DNA of 64,000 nucleotides from a virus (Duplodnaviria; Caudoviricetes): IMG/VR virus record IMGVR_UViG_3300011217_000001, positions 128,001 to 192,000 of that record; one strand, 5' to 3'. Shown piece by piece: positions 62,321 to 64,000 of this stretch (position 1 is its first letter; each line of letters starts with the position of its first letter). The notes under the pieces were generated by a model. It saw only the letters and a program-made list of their open reading frames with translations, ran no database searches and was not told where the DNA came from. The position numbers and the translations under genes were made by a program.

Positions 62321-63627
62321 CAGTTGTTCACCTTCAGTTTGAGTTGGAGTTCGGTGGAGGTGACGAACAGTCGCGAACGACCGAGCTTCTCCAGTTCACG
62401 CTGGGCAGCTACGGCATTGCGTTGACTGCGCGCACGCAGGGAGAAGAAGTTGACGATCCGGGAAACCACCGTCTCTTCGGTGCGCACCGCTGAAACGAGC
62501 TGACGGGTGGTGTGCAGATCACGCACGAGCTGCTCGACCTTGGAGCGTGGCAGGTTGCCCTTACGCAGACGACCGATCATGTCACGCTCGATCGCTGCCA
62601 GACGCGCTGGAAGGTCTTCGTAGTTACCCAGGTCACGCTTACCATAGAGCAGCGAGCCGATGGCCGTGGCGATCGCCAGAGGGCCACTGAAGCTGAACGC
62701 CATCATGGTGAGCAGCATGCGGGGCAATGCCTGGTACATCGAGGCGAAGTATTCGTAACCGAACAGCAGTGCAGAGCCTGCGGTAGAACGACCGAACGAA
62801 GACTTGCTGATCTTGACCAGTGCCGAGGCCAGCTCGGCGCCCACACCCATGCGAGATGCGTACTGGTCAGCCAACGACTCGATGGCGAAGTTGTCGTAGG
62901 TTGGATTGCCCATCTCCGAGCGGATGCGATCGGTGACAGCGGTGATCACCATCACTTCCACCACGCCCGGATCGGTAGCTGCTGCGACACCATTGGGATC
63001 GCTGAGCTTGACGTTCAGGGTCTTCTCCAGCTGCGCCACCAGCTTGAAGCGGATGGTACGATCTTCGGTCTGGGCAAAGCCTTCCTTGATCGCTGCCATT
63101 GCGTAGTTGGTACGCGTGCTTTCGGCCAGGTACTCCATGTAGGTAAACGGGTGACCCAGTTCATGCAGCAGGATCGCCACGCGCTCTATGGGAGTGAGGT
63201 CGAGTTTGAACCAGCCGGTGGCAAACACGACGTCCACGTCGATCTCGGAGAACACGCCGGAGACGCGACCGGTCTTGAGATTGACCTCGCCTTCGATCAT
63301 GTTGCCGACTTCTTCGATCTTCTTCAGCGCTTCCCAGTTGGCCCACTTCTGCGGGGAGGGCGCGGGGAACCAGGAGTGACCATTTCGCAGTGCCGGGATC
63401 AGTACGAAGGCGTCGATGCACTGGCTTTCAAAGACGGAGAAACGGATCTTCATTCCCGTCAGATCGAAGACCAGTTTGGTCAGTCCCGATTCGTCCAGCT
63501 GTCGACCATCGCGAACGGGCACTTCCATCGCCTTGGTGAAGGCGGCGGCCATCTGTTCGAGTACATGGGGATTGTTCTGGAAGTCGATTGCTTCCTGACT
63601 GAGCAACCAGTCGCCGAGGGCGGCCAT
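62320..63627 (-). CDS. Virion protein (phiKZ gp84-like) with M48-type zinc metallopeptidase motif
   Basis: AILLHELGH and ESLADQYA..G.G..LASAL.K; SQEAIDFQ N-terminus. Confidence 0.72.
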   Translation of the reverse strand: MAALGDWLLSQEAIDFQNNPHVLEQMAAAFTKAMEVPVRDGRQLDESGLTKLVFDLTGMKIRFSVFESQCIDAFVLIPALRNGHSWFPAPSPQKWANWEALKKIEEVGNMIEGEVNLKTGRVSGVFSEIDVDVVFATGWFKLDLTPIERVAILLHELGHPFTYMEYLAESTRTNYAMAAIKEGFAQTEDRTIRFKLVAQLEKTLNVKLSDPNGVAAATDPGVVEVMVITAVTDRIRSEMGNPTYDNFAIESLADQYASRMGVGAELASALVKISKSSFGRSTAGSALLFGYEYFASMYQALPRMLLTMMAFSFSGPLAIATAIGSLLYGKRDLGNYEDLPARLAAIERDMIGRLRKGNLPRSKVEQLVRDLHTTRQLVSAVRTEETVVSRIVNFFSLRARSQRNAVAAQRELEKLGRSRLFVTSTELQLKLKVNN

Positions 63628-63712
63628 AGGGGTTCCTTTGGATCTCTGTGATTATTTACTGCTCATAGTGATAGTATAGCCTCAGGAAAAGCGGTACGCA
63701 GCGGAGCTTTAA

Positions 63713-64000
63713 ATGACACAGATTAAGCAGGAAGACATCCTCGGTTTGGAATGTAAACACGCCGTTTACTGCCACCCGAAAGATGCTCCGTTCGACCTTC
63801 TGGTCGTCAAGGAGAAGGTGTACTTGAAGGATGGTCGCGTCGTTCCGCGTATCCGTCGCTTCAAGGATTACCCGCGTGACTTCTACGTCACCAAGCCGAA
63901 CTTCCGCAACCACACCGACAAGAAGGAGTGGGAGGACATCGACAAGCTGCAGAAGTACACCACGCCTCAGCACAAGCTGCTGGCCAGTGTATCCAAGGCG
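63713..64000 (+). CDS. DNA polymerase 3'-5' exonuclease subunit (phiKZ gp82-like), 5' part; runs off the window
   Basis: Manual translation MTQIKQEDILGLECKHAVY...VKEKV...YPRDFYVTKPNFRNHTDKKEWE. Confidence 0.72.
   Translation, partial: MTQIKQEDILGLECKHAVYCHPKDAPFDLLVVKEKVYLKDGRVVPRIRRFKDYPRDFYVTKPNFRNHTDKKEWEDIDKLQKYTTPQHKLLASVSKA

Noticed and set aside
140-63651. Many long opposite-strand ORFs (e.g. 13764..15299, 24349..26022, 52145..54256, 54476..56446, 57631..60576)
   Set aside because: Antisense shadows of real genes caused by strong GC codon bias; no RBS or motifs.
1-64000. CRISPR array, tRNA, rRNA, transposase, integrase
   Set aside because: No spaced direct repeats, cloverleafs or such motifs seen by eye; tRNAscan was not run.
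1-64000. Stop-codon reassignment
   Set aside because: Recognisable genes are full length in the standard code and use all three stops.

Overview
64 kb of a GC-rich phiKZ-like jumbo phage (probably nucleus-forming, Chimalliviridae-type) with a likely beta/gamma-proteobacterial host. No database searches were run: family calls come from motif recognition and remembered synteny. The right end (45.2-64 kb) is the conserved phiKZ virion block (gp84-gp101-like: inner-head proteins with S/A-x-E processing sites, baseplate/tail proteins) plus the start of the gp82-like DNA polymerase exonuclease subunit. The left 45 kb is a minus-strand accessory region. It carries a dTTP supply pathway (dcd, MazG-like NTP-PPase, thyA, tmk, DHFR), three peptidoglycan hydrolases, a spanin pair and many small hypotheticals, punctuated by hairpin+TATG(C/T)C elements and a recurring early-promoter-like motif. 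Top leads: (1) a candidate ClpXP-reprogramming kit, made of an SspB homologue plus an unrelated protein with an SspB-like ClpX-docking tail; (2) a ~240-nt multi-helix non-coding RNA candidate with its own promoter-like motif and terminator; (3) a basic protein with two translation-initiation-factor IF2 N-domain-like repeats; (4) two apparent pseudo-enzymes, a Hint/intein fold and a prohead protease, both lacking catalytic residues; (5) two copies of a helical-hairpin domain resembling phage immune-signal sponges; (6) a four-member tandem paralogue family. No tRNA, rRNA or CRISPR array was seen.
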